From the NCBI GenBank assembly GCA_964016885.1, contig OZ024748.1:17856001-17920000 (forward strand): a DNA stretch of 64,000 nucleotides. The letters are read 5' to 3'. This DNA is from Eledone cirrhosa (Eukaryota). A model generated the notes under the pieces. It was not told the origin of the DNA. It did not search any database and saw nothing but the letters and a program-made list of their open reading frames with translations. Within the stretch, counting starts at the first letter, position 1; each line of letters starts with the position of its first letter. A program made the translations under genes and the position numbers. Shown here in pieces: positions 13,788-25,215 of the stretch.

Positions 13788-14115
13788 CATATATATATAC
13801 ATATATATATACATATATATATATACATATATATATACATATATATACATATATATATATATACATATATATATACATATATATATATACATATATATAT
13901 ATATACATATATATATACATATATATATACATATATATATATACATATATATATATATACATACATATATATATATATATACATATATATATACATACAT
14001 ATATATATATATATACATATATATATACATATATATATATACATATATATATACACATATATACATATATATATATATATATATATTCATATATATATAT
14101 ATATATATATATTCA
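13303..14115. repeat. Long degenerate (TA)n/(CATA) microsatellite
   Basis: C-variant on the plus strand. Confidence 0.97.
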
Positions 14116-14141
14116 TAAATATCACGGTAGCGCATACAACT

Positions 14142-14204
<63 letters not shown>

Positions 14205-14208
<4 letters not shown>

Positions 14209-14765
14209 GATAAATCTACCAAGAGTTTACGGTAGTGTCCAATCCGTATGAAGAACTCAATGTATTCCGGATATCATGGAAAGAAGAGATGTAATGAAAA
14301 ATCACTTTCGGTGAAAGATAAACGGTATACAGAGTCAAGATAAAATATTAAACAAATAATGAATAAACAATGAAACAGTTCCTTATATTAAACAAAAAAA
14401 GTTCATTATTTAACGATCGTTTCTAGGATATATATGTGTTAGAATTGGCATGCATATTCAACAGATCTATGTACAAAATTATACAAAATTATACAAACTA
14501 TCAAGATTAAATATACATACCAACACATATATACGCCGTCTTCAGAAATAATATTATTTCTGAAGACGGCGTATATATGTGTTGGTATGTATATTTAATC
14601 TTGATAGTTTGTATAATTTTGTATAATTTTGTACATAGATCTGTTGAATATGCATGCCAATTCTAACACATATATATCCTAGAAACGATCGTTAAATAAT
14701 GAACTTTTTTTGTTTAATATAAGGAACTGTTTCATTGTTTATTCATTATTTGTTTAATATTTTAT
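14205..14765. mobile_element. PLE-type element (family P2) forming a ~425-bp spacerless palindrome
   Basis: Axis at 14552/14553 (GAAATAAT|ATTATTTC), arms 14340-14552 and 14553-14765. The family also occurs at 18022-18212 and 54783-55230. Confidence 0.88.
14553..14700 (+). ncRNA. Type I hammerhead motif with a 115-nt stem II region (mirrored on the minus strand in the left arm)
   Basis: attattt CTGAAGA [14567-14681] GAAA CGATCG TT aaataat; stem I is a perfect 7 bp. Confidence 0.68.
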
Positions 14766-14768
14766 ATA

Positions 14769-14816
<48 letters not shown>

Positions 14817-14864
14817 AATATATATATATATATGCATATAAATATATATATATATATGCATATA

Positions 14865-14899
<35 letters not shown>

Positions 14900-14906
14900 G
14901 CATATA

Positions 14907-14937
<31 letters not shown>

Positions 14938-14958
14938 TTATATATATATATATATATA

Positions 14959-15007
<49 letters not shown>

Positions 15008-15016
15008 TATATATAG

Positions 15017-15055
<39 letters not shown>

Positions 15056-15081
15056 TATATATATATATAGTATATATATAG

Positions 15082-15167
<86 letters not shown>

Positions 15168-15327
15168 AGTTGTATGCGCTACCGTGATACTTCGATTCTA
15201 TGCAAAAAAAAAAAAAAAATACTTTGACTTAAATCTTACAACTGTTTGTAAAATGTCTCATTTCAAACATTTATCTCTGTCTTAATCCAGACATCTTACA
15301 AGACTTATAACTATATGTGTGTGTGAG

Positions 15328-15369
<42 letters not shown>

Positions 15370-15540
15370 TATGCGTGTGTGCTGATATCCATCTTTTTCT
15401 GTTCAGTAGGCTTATATGCCCCATTATTCAACTAGATTATTTACAACGTCAGACACCATGTTTTGCAGCATAGGAGTTATGGGCCTTTATGTTCTGAGTT
15501 CAAATCCTGCCGAGGTTAACTTTAATCAAAGTTAATAGTA

Positions 15541-15820
15541 ACAGTGATGATGTCGCAGATGTGCAACGAAAGAACTTTGATAAACTATATATATATATAT
15601 ATATATATCTGTATTTTTAACCATTGGTCAATCAATGATAAACATTGATTGCCAAATAAATTAACTATTGAGATATAAAAGATACAAACCAACCCAAACC
15701 AAACAGGGAGTGTGTTCTGTTATTATTTCTGGCAATATTATAACAATATGACCCTCCCCAAGTATAACAATATTTGTTTCGGCACACAATTTCATATCAA
15801 AAACCTTGCAAAACAAATAC
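15541..15820 (+). mobile_element. PLE pLTR fragment, family P1 (degenerate HHR)
   Basis: Reverse-complement match to 1835-2070; the core reads GTGATGA...GAAAGAACTT. Confidence 0.75.
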
Positions 15821-15839
15821 GTATATATATATATATATA

Positions 15840-16025
15840 GTTGTTTCTACTTTAGGCACAAGGCCAGCAATTATCCAGTGCATTACTGGTACTTTATTTT
15901 ATCGACCCCGTAAGGATGAAAGGCAAAGTCAACCTCGGCGGGATTTGAACTCAGATCGTAAAGGGACGTAACTATGCTGGAAAGCATGGCATCCGACCCT
16001 CTACCGATACTGCCAATCCACCGCA
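15840..16025 (-). mobile_element. SINE family A, full length
   Basis: Reverse complement of 45932-46118. Confidence 0.9.
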
Positions 16026-16165
16026 CTATATATATATAGTGTAGGTAGTATGGTGAATTACTGGTATTGGTACCAAATCAAGTACTCTATGCACAGGCAG
16101 AGTGTATATAATAGAAAAAACGAAGAAGCTTCATTTACATATGAAAAATATTTATTGTGTATTGA

Positions 16166-16255
16166 CCTGTTACATGCGTTTCACAAAGGTTTGGCTCAAG
16201 GTAACCCATAGGAGTTATGGACCTGATACCAGTATTGGTCTGCTCATCAGACTGG
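16166..16255 (-). ncRNA. Hammerhead motif with a 61-nt stem II region
   Basis: ccagt CTGATGA gcaga...tttgt GAAA CGCATG TA acagg. Confidence 0.6.
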
Positions 16256-16507
16256 TAATGTGACAAAAAAATTATATATATATATATAACATAATAAACC
16301 ACACAATATAATTATTCCATTACCTAAGGTTTTATGAAACTAGACTATCTTAACAGAAACATCCAGTAAGCTCATCAGATGAAATAATAAATATTTCCTC
16401 TGATGAGCGTACTGGACCAACATGAATGGACCTGTTATTTTTATCTAAAGACATTTTTTCCGATTCCATCCCGCCCATCTCCTCAATCTATCTTATTTCT
16501 CATTCTT

Positions 16508-16543
16508 TCTTCTGATGAAGGACTAGTGTCCGAAACGTTAAGA
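16508..16543 (+). ncRNA. Minimal type I hammerhead ribozyme (family P3)
   Basis: tctt CTGATGA a GGAC tagt GTCC GAAA CG TT aaga; degenerate copies at 20623-20660 and 36141-36475. Confidence 0.8.
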
Positions 16544-16662
16544 CCCTCTGCTTGCTATATCCCTTCCATATACTGTACCGATTGTGTTGTTATTTCTGTT
16601 TACTTTTACATACATATATATGCATTAATTATGTAATAAACAACATAAGATAATTATTTCAT

Positions 16663-16830
16663 GTATCGGTAGAGGGTTGGACGCCATGCTTTCTAGCATA
16701 GTTACGTCCCTTTACAGTCTGAGTTCAAATCCCGCCGAGGTTAACTTTGCCTTTCATCCTTACGGGGTCGATAAAATAAAGTACCAGTAATGTACTGGGT
16801 AGTTGCTGGCCTTGTGCCTAAAGTAGAAAC
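16663..16830 (+). mobile_element. SINE family A with an 11-bp TSD
   Basis: TSD AATTATTTCAT at 16652-16662 and 16831-16841. Confidence 0.92.
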
Positions 16831-16836
16831 AATTAT

Positions 16837-16897
16837 TTCATTTACCGGTGGTTTCTTGAAAGTAGATGTTGTATCTGTTTTCAGTCGTCAGAATGAA
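16837..16897 (-). ncRNA. Type I hammerhead ribozyme
   Basis: ttcatt CTGACGA c TGAAA ac AGAT acaac ATCT ac TTTCA a GAAA CCACCGG TA aatgaa; 6-bp stem I and a GUA cleavage triplet. Confidence 0.78.
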
Positions 16898-17043
16898 TAA
16901 GACGACTGAAAACAGATACAACATCTGCTTTCAAGAAATCACTGGTAAATGAAATAATTATCTTATGTTGTTTATTACATAACTAATAAGCTCTATAGCC
17001 TACATAGAGCACTCTTTTTTCCTGTACCTTTATGACGGAATTC

Positions 17044-17115
<72 letters not shown>

Positions 17116-17630
17116 AAATAAATTAATGGCGTCATAAACTCGCGTTAGTCCTTGTAATTTATGAGCTCAAAGGAAAAAGAATCCTGGGCACTTCAAATAT
17201 ATGTAGAAAAGATAACACACGAGAGAGAGTGTGTGTTTATCAATGTACAGGGAAAACCATCAGTGTATGAAATCTATAAACTAAGAAAGGTGAGGTAGAC
17301 GCATAATAATTAAAAATATAAATCAGAATGAATTTACCCACCTTTATATATCACACACGTACAAACTCAAAGAGATTTGTTTTGCCAAAAGATTAGTGTA
17401 TGGAATGAAACACCAAGGTCCATCAGTGTGTGGTAAGTGAATACATTCCAGACAATTCTAAGAGAACTTAAGAAAACTGCCTTGCAACACATGGTAGAGA
17501 GAAGGAAATATGTGCAAGAGACAGTAAACTAGTGGCTTGAGTGGGATGAGTGGCTAGAAATCACTGCCCAAAACCACTCAAATAAGGGTGTTCTACCAAA
17601 CAGAGGGAGAGAAGACTGTTATTAGGAGTA

Positions 17631-17896
17631 ATCATCATTTCATTTTCATCATCATTTCATTTTACGTCCGCTTTTTCCCTGCTTGCAAGGGTGGGACGGC
17701 AACTGATTCTGGGGCTTGATTTCTACAGCTGGATGCCCTTCCTAACACCAACCTCATTTCTACAGCTGAGTAAACTGGAGCAATGTGAAATAAAGTGTCT
17801 TGCTCAAGGAAACAACACATCACCTGGTCTGAGAATTGAACTCACAACCTTTCGATTGCAAGGCCAATGCTCTAACCACTAAGCCATGTGCCTCCA
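17631..17896 (-). mobile_element. SINE family B with an internal deletion
   Basis: Matches 1061-1402 but lacks the segment between two CTCATTT repeats. Confidence 0.88.
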
Positions 17897-17907
17897 TCTA
17901 TATATAT

Positions 17908-18211
17908 AAAAATAGGTACCTACAAGGCCTTGTGGTTTCAGTTTCTATTTGGCAAACCTTCTTCATATGCATAGAGTACTGCCCTGAGTTTTAGTTTTCC
18001 TGGTCTCAGCAAGCAGACTTTTGTTTAATATAAGGAACTGTTTCATTGTTTTATTCATTATTTGTTTAATATTTTATCTTGACTCTGTATACCGTTTATC
18101 TTTCACCGAAAGTGATTTTTCATTACATCTCTTCTTTCCATGATATCCGGAATACATTGAGTTCTTCATACGGATTGGACACTACCGTAAACTCTTGGTA
18201 GATTTATCTAC

Positions 18212-18244
<33 letters not shown>

Positions 18245-18345
18245 GCTTGCTGAGACCAGGAAAACTCAGGGCAGTACTCTATGCATATGAAGAAGGTTTG
18301 CCAAATAGAAACTGAAACCACAAGGCCTTGTAGGTACCTATTTTT
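17908..18345. repeat. ~110-bp inverted duplication bracketing a family P2 PLE 3' end plus (TA)n
   Basis: 17908-18021 is the reverse complement of 18238-18345 (one 6-bp indel); the PLE piece is 18022-18212. Confidence 0.9.
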
Positions 18346-18601
18346 GCCCCTCATCTATACAGATTCAGTAACTCTAATGTTAAGCATTTGTATCATACAA
18401 ATACTCACTGTGTAAATAAATGCGTTCGTGTATGTGAAGATTATTCCCTGTGTAACACTGTGTGTCTAGTGTGTAGGGTGTGTGTGTGTGTATAGGTGTG
18501 TAAGTAACAGCTTTGTTCTTGTGCTTGCTATGTAGCCTAGCTTAGGGAATCATGATTGAAGAAGAAAATTAAATCCTCATACATACATATATACATACAC
18601 A

Positions 18602-18643
<42 letters not shown>

Positions 18644-18678
18644 TGGATGTGTTTCTACATATATATATACATGTTTGT

Positions 18679-18727
<49 letters not shown>

Positions 18728-18736
18728 TCCATATAC

Positions 18737-18767
<31 letters not shown>

Positions 18768-19469
18768 GTATATATATATACATATATATATATGTGTGTG
18801 TATGTATATATGTATGTATATAAATGTATACATATAGCACTGCAGATGCTTAAAGCTAGAACTGTGGAACACTACTTATATGAAAACATGAAGATTGGAT
18901 ATCAATATTGATCAAAGAACTGTGACAATTTTGGTGGTGGATCTCCGCTGAAAGAGCCAGAGATCAAACTATAACATTTGCTGTTATTGCTGATGTTTGA
19001 ATATATCAATCATTTTAGGCACCCGCAGATCAACAAGAAAGATATTTCGTATATCTTGAGGGGGAAAAATTTGAACAAAAAGAGAAAAGCTTTGTAAATA
19101 TATATGTGTGTTGAGTTTTATTTCATAGTGAGTGTATTTATTTCACTGTATAAATGTATAAAACCTTGGTGTGATTCTGCTTGGAAAAGGAACATAAAGG
19201 ATTCCTTGTAAACATTAACTTAATATTCATGTCCATTGGACTAAATATAATTTCTTACAATGAGTGTTCCAGCTAATTCAATCAATAGAAAAAGATAGAA
19301 TAAGCCCGGCCTGCATGTAAGATCGTGTAAGTGGCTGAGCATTCCACAGACATGTGTACCCTTAATGTAGTTCTCAGAGATATGCCAGGTGACACAATAT
19401 GTGTGTGTGTGTGTGTGACAAGGCTGACCTCATAAATTACTGTTACAAATGAGGGAGAAAGTGGGTTTA

Positions 19470-19620
19470 AGAGGAATCTGAATACGTGTGCAAGAGAGAA
19501 GACTGTGGTGGTGTGGATATGTGATGTGCATGGAGGATGATTGCCGGATGAAGAAGTGCCAGGAAATCTCAGTGAGGGAAAGCTCAAGTAGAGGTAGACT
19601 AAAACCTGAGCAGTGGTTGT
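19470..19620 (+). pseudogene. RTE-clade LINE RT C-terminal fragment
   Basis: [40 protein letters not shown] resembles RRLRWFGHV.RM.D....K.........RGRP. Confidence 0.65.
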
Positions 19621-19763
19621 GAGATTATACATATGTATAAATCATTATACATATACACATGCATATATATATATGTATGCATATACACATTCATATATAT
19701 ATATATATATGTATGTATATGTATATATATATATATATATATACATACATATACATATATGAG

Positions 19764-20080
19764 TTGTTTCCTTGAGTAAGACACTTTATTTCACATTGCT
19801 CCAGTTTACTCAGCTGTAGAAATGAAATGATAGGACTGGGGTCCCTATCATTCCACTGCAAAGTGGACGTGTAGGTGCCATGGAAAAAAAGCACCCAGCA
19901 CTCAGTGTAAATGAGGTTGGTGTTTGGAAGGACATCCAGCTGTAGAAATCAAGCCAGAATCAGTTCCTGTATGAGCAAGACAAGGTCAGCCGACCAGACA
20001 CTGCCCACAACAGGACAATCCGTCTAACCCATGCTAGCTTGGAAGAACGGACGTAAAACGGTGATGTTGATGATGATGAT
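19764..20080 (+). mobile_element. SINE family B body with an alternative 3' tail
   Basis: Family B core followed by CCGTCTAACCCATGCTAGC..GGAAGAACGGACGTAAAACG(GAT)n. Confidence 0.8.
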
Positions 20081-20158
20081 GATATATATATATAGGGGTC
20101 CCAGGTTCAATCGAGCGTAACCACAGTAAGGTACTCAATACATTAGTAGAGTGTAAAC

Positions 20159-20283
20159 ATCATGTTTAATATAGAAATGGCTTCTGCAGGACTAGAACTG
20201 TTTCATTCAAAAGTAATCATTAGGATTTCTTTTGAATGAAACAATTCTTGTCTTGTAAAAGCCATTTTTATATTAAACATGAT
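20159..20283. repeat. Fold-back fragment with a degenerate HHR core in the loop
   Basis: Imperfect inverted arms. Minus strand CTAATGA...GAAACAGTTCTA; a related copy lies at 5170-5225. Confidence 0.7.
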
Positions 20284-20299
20284 ATATATATATATATAT

Positions 20300-20444
20300 A
20301 TAGGAGAAAGTATGACCCCGACGGCAGAGCTCAAGCCATTTCGACGGCTATTTCTGGACTAAAGTAAGCTAAACTCTTACTTTGGTCCAGAAATAGCCAT
20401 CGAAATGGCTTGAGCTCTGCCGTCGAGGTCTTACTTTCTCCTAT
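20300..20444. repeat. Fold-back fragment with ~69-bp arms and a 7-nt loop
   Basis: ATAGGAGAAAGT...GTAAG ctaaact CTTAC...ACTTTCTCCTAT; a related half copy lies at 45078-45136. Confidence 0.85.
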
Positions 20445-21834
20445 TACCCACTCTACTACACTAAGTATTGAGTACTTTGGTGCGTTATAGTCCATCTGGT
20501 TCCTTACCACACCTCCTTCGTTATATATATATATATATATGTATGTATAAGTACACACACACATCTGTTCCTTTCTCTTCTCACTCTTTATTTTTCTATT
20601 TCATCTTTTATTTCTCGTTCTATCTCCTGATGAAGGACTAGTGTCCAAAACGTAAAGACTCTTTCCTTACTACATCAAGTGTTAAACTAATATAGCTCTT
20701 CATTGTACTGTGTTGTTTGCTTTGTTGTTTCTGTTTATTTTTGCATACATATATATACATACGTATATATGAGCGAGACATGGTCACCCGATCAATCTTG
20801 CCTCAAATGGGACAATTCCTGTCTAACCCATGCTAGCATAGAAGATAGATGTTAAACGGTGATGATGGTGGTGGTGTGTGGGTGTGTGTGTGTGTGTGTG
20901 TGTGTGCGTGTGCAGTCATAGTTCAGTTTTGTAATTTTAAAGAATCTCTTTTCAAGAATGTGGTTTCATGCAGTACAGGATATTAAGAGTTATTTTATAA
21001 AACCTAGAAGGATGGAAAACAAATTTGAACTTGGCACAGTTTGAACTCAGACATATAAATATCTGGAATAAATACCACAAGGGATTTTGTCTGCCACGCT
21101 AATAATTCTCCCATTACACTACATCTAACTAATACACGATAAATTAGTGTGATAAATGGAGTTTGGTAGCCATTGTAGACTTGGAAATTTGCCATATTTC
21201 TGATCTACTGCTGCCATGGTCTCTCTAACCAAACACAGACACACACTAACGCTAGCCAGAAGAGATAAATCAAAGCAATTTAACTGCAGCATCATGTTTT
21301 TCCCGCCAACTATTGAAAAGGAAATATAAGTCAATTAAGTGAAAGGATGTAACTTACTTATTGCTTATTATTTTAATTAAATAGATGGCGGTGATTTCCA
21401 AGATAATCTGCCAAATATATGAACAGTTTGCTCGAAAAGCTTACGTCTAGCGACAGATGTTTGTATTATTGCACCTGATGTCCATCCATTATTTGTTACG
21501 CTGTCATAGGTAATACAGCATTAACATGGAAGACTTGTTGTACCGAGGAAGAAATGCAAATCTTTCCAAGTTATAAACGAACGTTATTAGGAGTATCTTG
21601 AAGAAGTGGGTCAACCAATTAACAGGGAATATATTACATATATTAAGAACTGTTACAAACGAACTGTTATGTATTGTTGGACTTCAGTCAGTTCTCATGA
21701 TGATTGTTACAGTTGTTTGATCAACAGAATGAATGGCTTGCTCATGAAACTAACAAGCAAGTAGCTGAGTATTCCACAGGCTTGTGTCCCCTTAATGTAA
21801 TTCTCAGGTTGAGCTGACCTCCATCTGTTTAAAC

Positions 21835-22155
21835 CAGAGGTGTGCAACATATTCCATTGGCGGGCCACTTTTGAACATTGCAGCAACTATTAGAGCCATT
21901 AATATTTATTAAGCACTATTCCTAAGATTCACCACAATTTCTTTCCATAACATGGAACCTGGGAATTATAACACACATAACCCTATCAGTGAAGCTCTTT
22001 AGTATAGGTCAACTAACAGAAAACGGTATTACGGTTCTGAAAAAAATTCTAAATAAGCCTACAAGGTAAAAATTAAAAATGGTCATCAAAGGCCATTCTG
22101 ACTGGGGTTTCGAGGGCCAGACTGTGGCCCGCGGGTCGCCTGTTGCATACCCCTG
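21835..22155. mobile_element. hAT-family MITE
   Basis: TIRs CAGAGGTGTGCAACA / TGTTGCATACCCCTG with a perfect 8-bp TSD GTTTAAAC. Confidence 0.9.
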
Positions 22156-22169
22156 GTTTAAACTATGAG

Positions 22170-22465
22170 TGTCCCAGCTGTTTGATCAATGGAACAGACT
22201 GTGCATGAAATTAGCGTGCAAGTGGCTGAGCATTCCACTGACTTATGTACCCTTAATATAATTCATAGAGACGTTCAGATAACAAAGGTGTGACAAGGCT
22301 GGTTGCCCCTTTGAATTGCAGGTGCAACTCATTTTTTCCCAGCTGAGTGGAATAAAGCAACATGAAATAAAGTGTCTTGCTGAAGGTCACAGTACACTAG
22401 TAGGAATTGAACTCAAGACTTTATGATCATTTGCTGGACACCCTAACCACTAAACCATAGACCTT
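22170..22465 (-). mobile_element. tRNA-derived SINE family C
   Basis: Reverse-complement similarity to 24868-25215 and 41505-41806; partial copies at 19280-19445 and 21690-21808. Confidence 0.78.
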
Positions 22466-22659
22466 CAGATTTATCACAGATAGATGACCATTAACATGGA
22501 AAGCTTGTCAAACTGAGCAGGTGACCATGTCTTGCTCATATGCACTGTTTTGGGGGTTTGGTTATTATAGTTGGTTACCCTTCCTAACACCAATCATTTC
22601 ATTACATGCACTAGGAGTATTCTATCATGTCTACAACACTACCAACTTATAGGATATAC

Positions 22660-22880
22660 TGAGTTTTTTTATCGGGGCACCAGCACTACCACCATACAAG
22701 GTGGACAGGGTGCTATTTGTCATGGCACCAGCACTATCACCTTACAGGGCAGACTGGCTGCTTTTTATCATGGCACCAACACTACCATAATACAGAGTAG
22801 ACTGTGGTTTTTGTTGTGGCATCAGTACTACCACCTTACAGGGTAGACTGAGTGCTTTTTGTCATGGTACCAGCACTACC
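22660..22880. repeat. ~45-bp degenerate tandem repeat, about 5 copies
   Basis: Unit TTTTGTCATGGCACCAGCACTACCACCTTACAGGGTAGACTGGGTGC. Confidence 0.8.
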
Positions 22881-23143
22881 TCACAACACACTCTCTATGG
22901 TCAGGTGGTCAGGCTTGGGAAGTTTGGTGAGAGTTGGGGGGTTTTAAAGAATAAAATAAAATATATATATATATAAGTTAACGAGATATCGTTTAAGGTA
23001 ATCCAAGTAGAGGTTATAAGTACTCTGTATCAAGGATAGTTTTAATGTTCAGCGTTGTTTGACTCAACAAGAAGTTTCCTTAGTTGTGGTGTTCGGGTGG
23101 CTGATTCAACACTGTTTCTAGGTAACCGATTCTTGAAGTAATA

Positions 23144-23209
23144 ATAGTAAATGAGTGAAGAATAACGTGGATCGGCTGTAGAGCCGCTCCACGTTATTCC
23201 TCACTCATT

Positions 23210-23215
<6 letters not shown>
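23144..23215. repeat. Short fold-back adjacent to (TA)n
   Basis: ATAGTAAATGAGTGA.GAATAACGTGGA.CGGCT / AGCCG.TCCACGTTATTC.TCACTCATTTACTAT. Confidence 0.8.
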
Positions 23216-23244
<29 letters not shown>

Positions 23245-23247
<3 letters not shown>

Positions 23248-23594
23248 TCATCATCATCATCATCATCATTTTACGTCCACTTTTCCCTGCTTGCAAGGGT
23301 TGGACTGGAACTGATTCTGGCTTGATTTCTACAGCTGGATGCCCTTCCTAACACCAACCTCATTTACAGTGAGTGTTGGTGGGTGCTTTTTTGCCATGGC
23401 ACCTCCACGACCACTTTGCAGTGGAATGATAGGGATCGCAGTCTCTATCATCTCATTTCTACAGCTGAGTAAACTGGAGCAACTTGAAATAAAGTATCTT
23501 GCTCAAGGAAACAACACATCACCCGATCTGAGAATTGAACTCACAACCTTTCGATTGCAAGGCCAATGCTTTAACCACTAAGCCATGTGCCTCC

Positions 23595-23595
<1 letters not shown>
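23245..23595 (-). mobile_element. SINE family B, full length
   Basis: Near-identical to 1061-1402. Confidence 0.9.
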
Positions 23596-23654
<59 letters not shown>

Positions 23655-23705
23655 GGTAATTCCAAAGGAAAAAAAAATGCTCTATGTATAGAACAGAGCT
23701 ATTTA

Positions 23706-23842
23706 ATTAGAAAGTGAACAACACAAAATATAACTACTCCATTACCAAAGGTTTCTGGCTTGCAGATGATAATAAAATACGTCTGCAATCCAGAAACCTT
23801 TGGTAATGGAGTAGTTATATTTTGTGTTGTTCAATTTCTAAT
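23706..23842. repeat. Fold-back containing the 3' half of an HHR
   Basis: ~64-bp arms; GAAACCTTTGGTA is present but there is no CTGANGA. Confidence 0.8.
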
Positions 23843-23972
23843 ATATATATATATAGGGTTTCCCAACAATCACGAGACCTTTTTAAAATATAATAACTAT
23901 TTTATAATTTATTTTTTCATTTACAACAGGTTTTTATATTTTTAAGTGGTCTTTGCGACTTTGGGGCCATAT

Positions 23973-24031
<59 letters not shown>

Positions 24032-24156
24032 AGAGAGAGAGTGTGTGTATGTATAATATATATTTGGGAAATGTCGATTTCTCAGGTCACCCTTGGGTCA
24101 CATCATTTCCTTTGTTTCTGACCTCTCATACATCATACTTGACAAGAAGTCCATTG

Positions 24157-24227
<71 letters not shown>

Positions 24228-24867
24228 TATATATATATATATATACACATATATATATATATATATTGTGTGTATATATAAATATACAGACAGACTGATA
24301 GGTAGACAGACCTCATGAGCTGAAAGCCACATATTATAGCTGATAAAATTCATTCAACTCACGTTACTTTACTGCCCCAAACATTGTTTAACTTGGAATA
24401 AAGGTTGAGGTTTTGGCAGTGAAATGAAGGTAGAGAAAAGTTCAGGACCTCTGGATATTTTCCTACTAAATTTTGTTAATTTGTCACAAAGCAAATATAT
24501 AATATTTGCTATTACCATACAGTCAATATTTCTAATTTAATAAATTCCAATAATATTTTTCCAATAAATACACAAGGAAAATATAAAGTTTTGTTATAAA
24601 GAATTTCTGTTATAATATCATATTTTCTATTGCTTTTTTCAAAGTAGAAAATGTTTTCCTGCAGAATAAGGTTTGTTCTAAACTTAAGCATTAGTTGGAA
24701 ATGAAAGATCTCAGTTATTGAATTGACATGAATGGATAGTCAAAGGTGTAGATTTGAATAGGGTGTGTGTTAAACATATTAAGAATTTAATCTTTGACAT
24801 ATATAAATGGGTGAAAAAGTAAATGTACCTTGAGAATCACAATCATTAGACTGTTACAATAATTGTG

Positions 24868-25215
24868 AAGGTGTGTAGCTTAGTGGTAAGTTAGGATGTT
24901 AGCCTCACCATCATATATAAAGTCATGGGTTCGATTCCAAGCAGGTCATTGTGTACTTGAGCAAGGTACTTCATTTGTACCACTACATTGCTCCACTACA
25001 CTCCACTCCACTCAACTGGACGAAAACGAGAGTTCTATCTGTAATTCGAAGGACAAACAACCTTGTAACATACTCACTGTGTCTTGCTGCTGAATCTCCC
25101 TGACAACTACGTTAAGGGTCCAAGTTTCTGTAAAATATTTAACTTCCTTCATGTTGATTTCATGAGCAGAACGGTCCATAGTTCAAATAACTGGAACACT
25201 GATCATTAGGGCCGA
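24868..25215 (+). mobile_element. SINE family C
   Basis: A box TAGCTTAGTGG and B box GTTCGATTCC; body shared with 41505-41806. Confidence 0.78.

Larger units (their letters stand above)
16629..16982. mobile_element. Fold-back PLE-type fragment interrupted by a SINE
   Basis: 16629-16662 plus 16842-16889 is the reverse complement of 16901-16982. Confidence 0.82.

Noticed and set aside
10321-14222. Long YI-rich ORFs of up to 522 aa (and similar ones across the window)
   Set aside because: Translations of (TA)n microsatellites that lack stops in several frames on both strands.
18840-19060. Highly decayed RTE-X fragment
   Set aside because: Only faint motif resemblance across frameshifts; not supportable without an alignment.
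23853-23976. Tc1/mariner-like MITE
   Set aside because: The terminal inverted similarity is too degenerate to support by eye.
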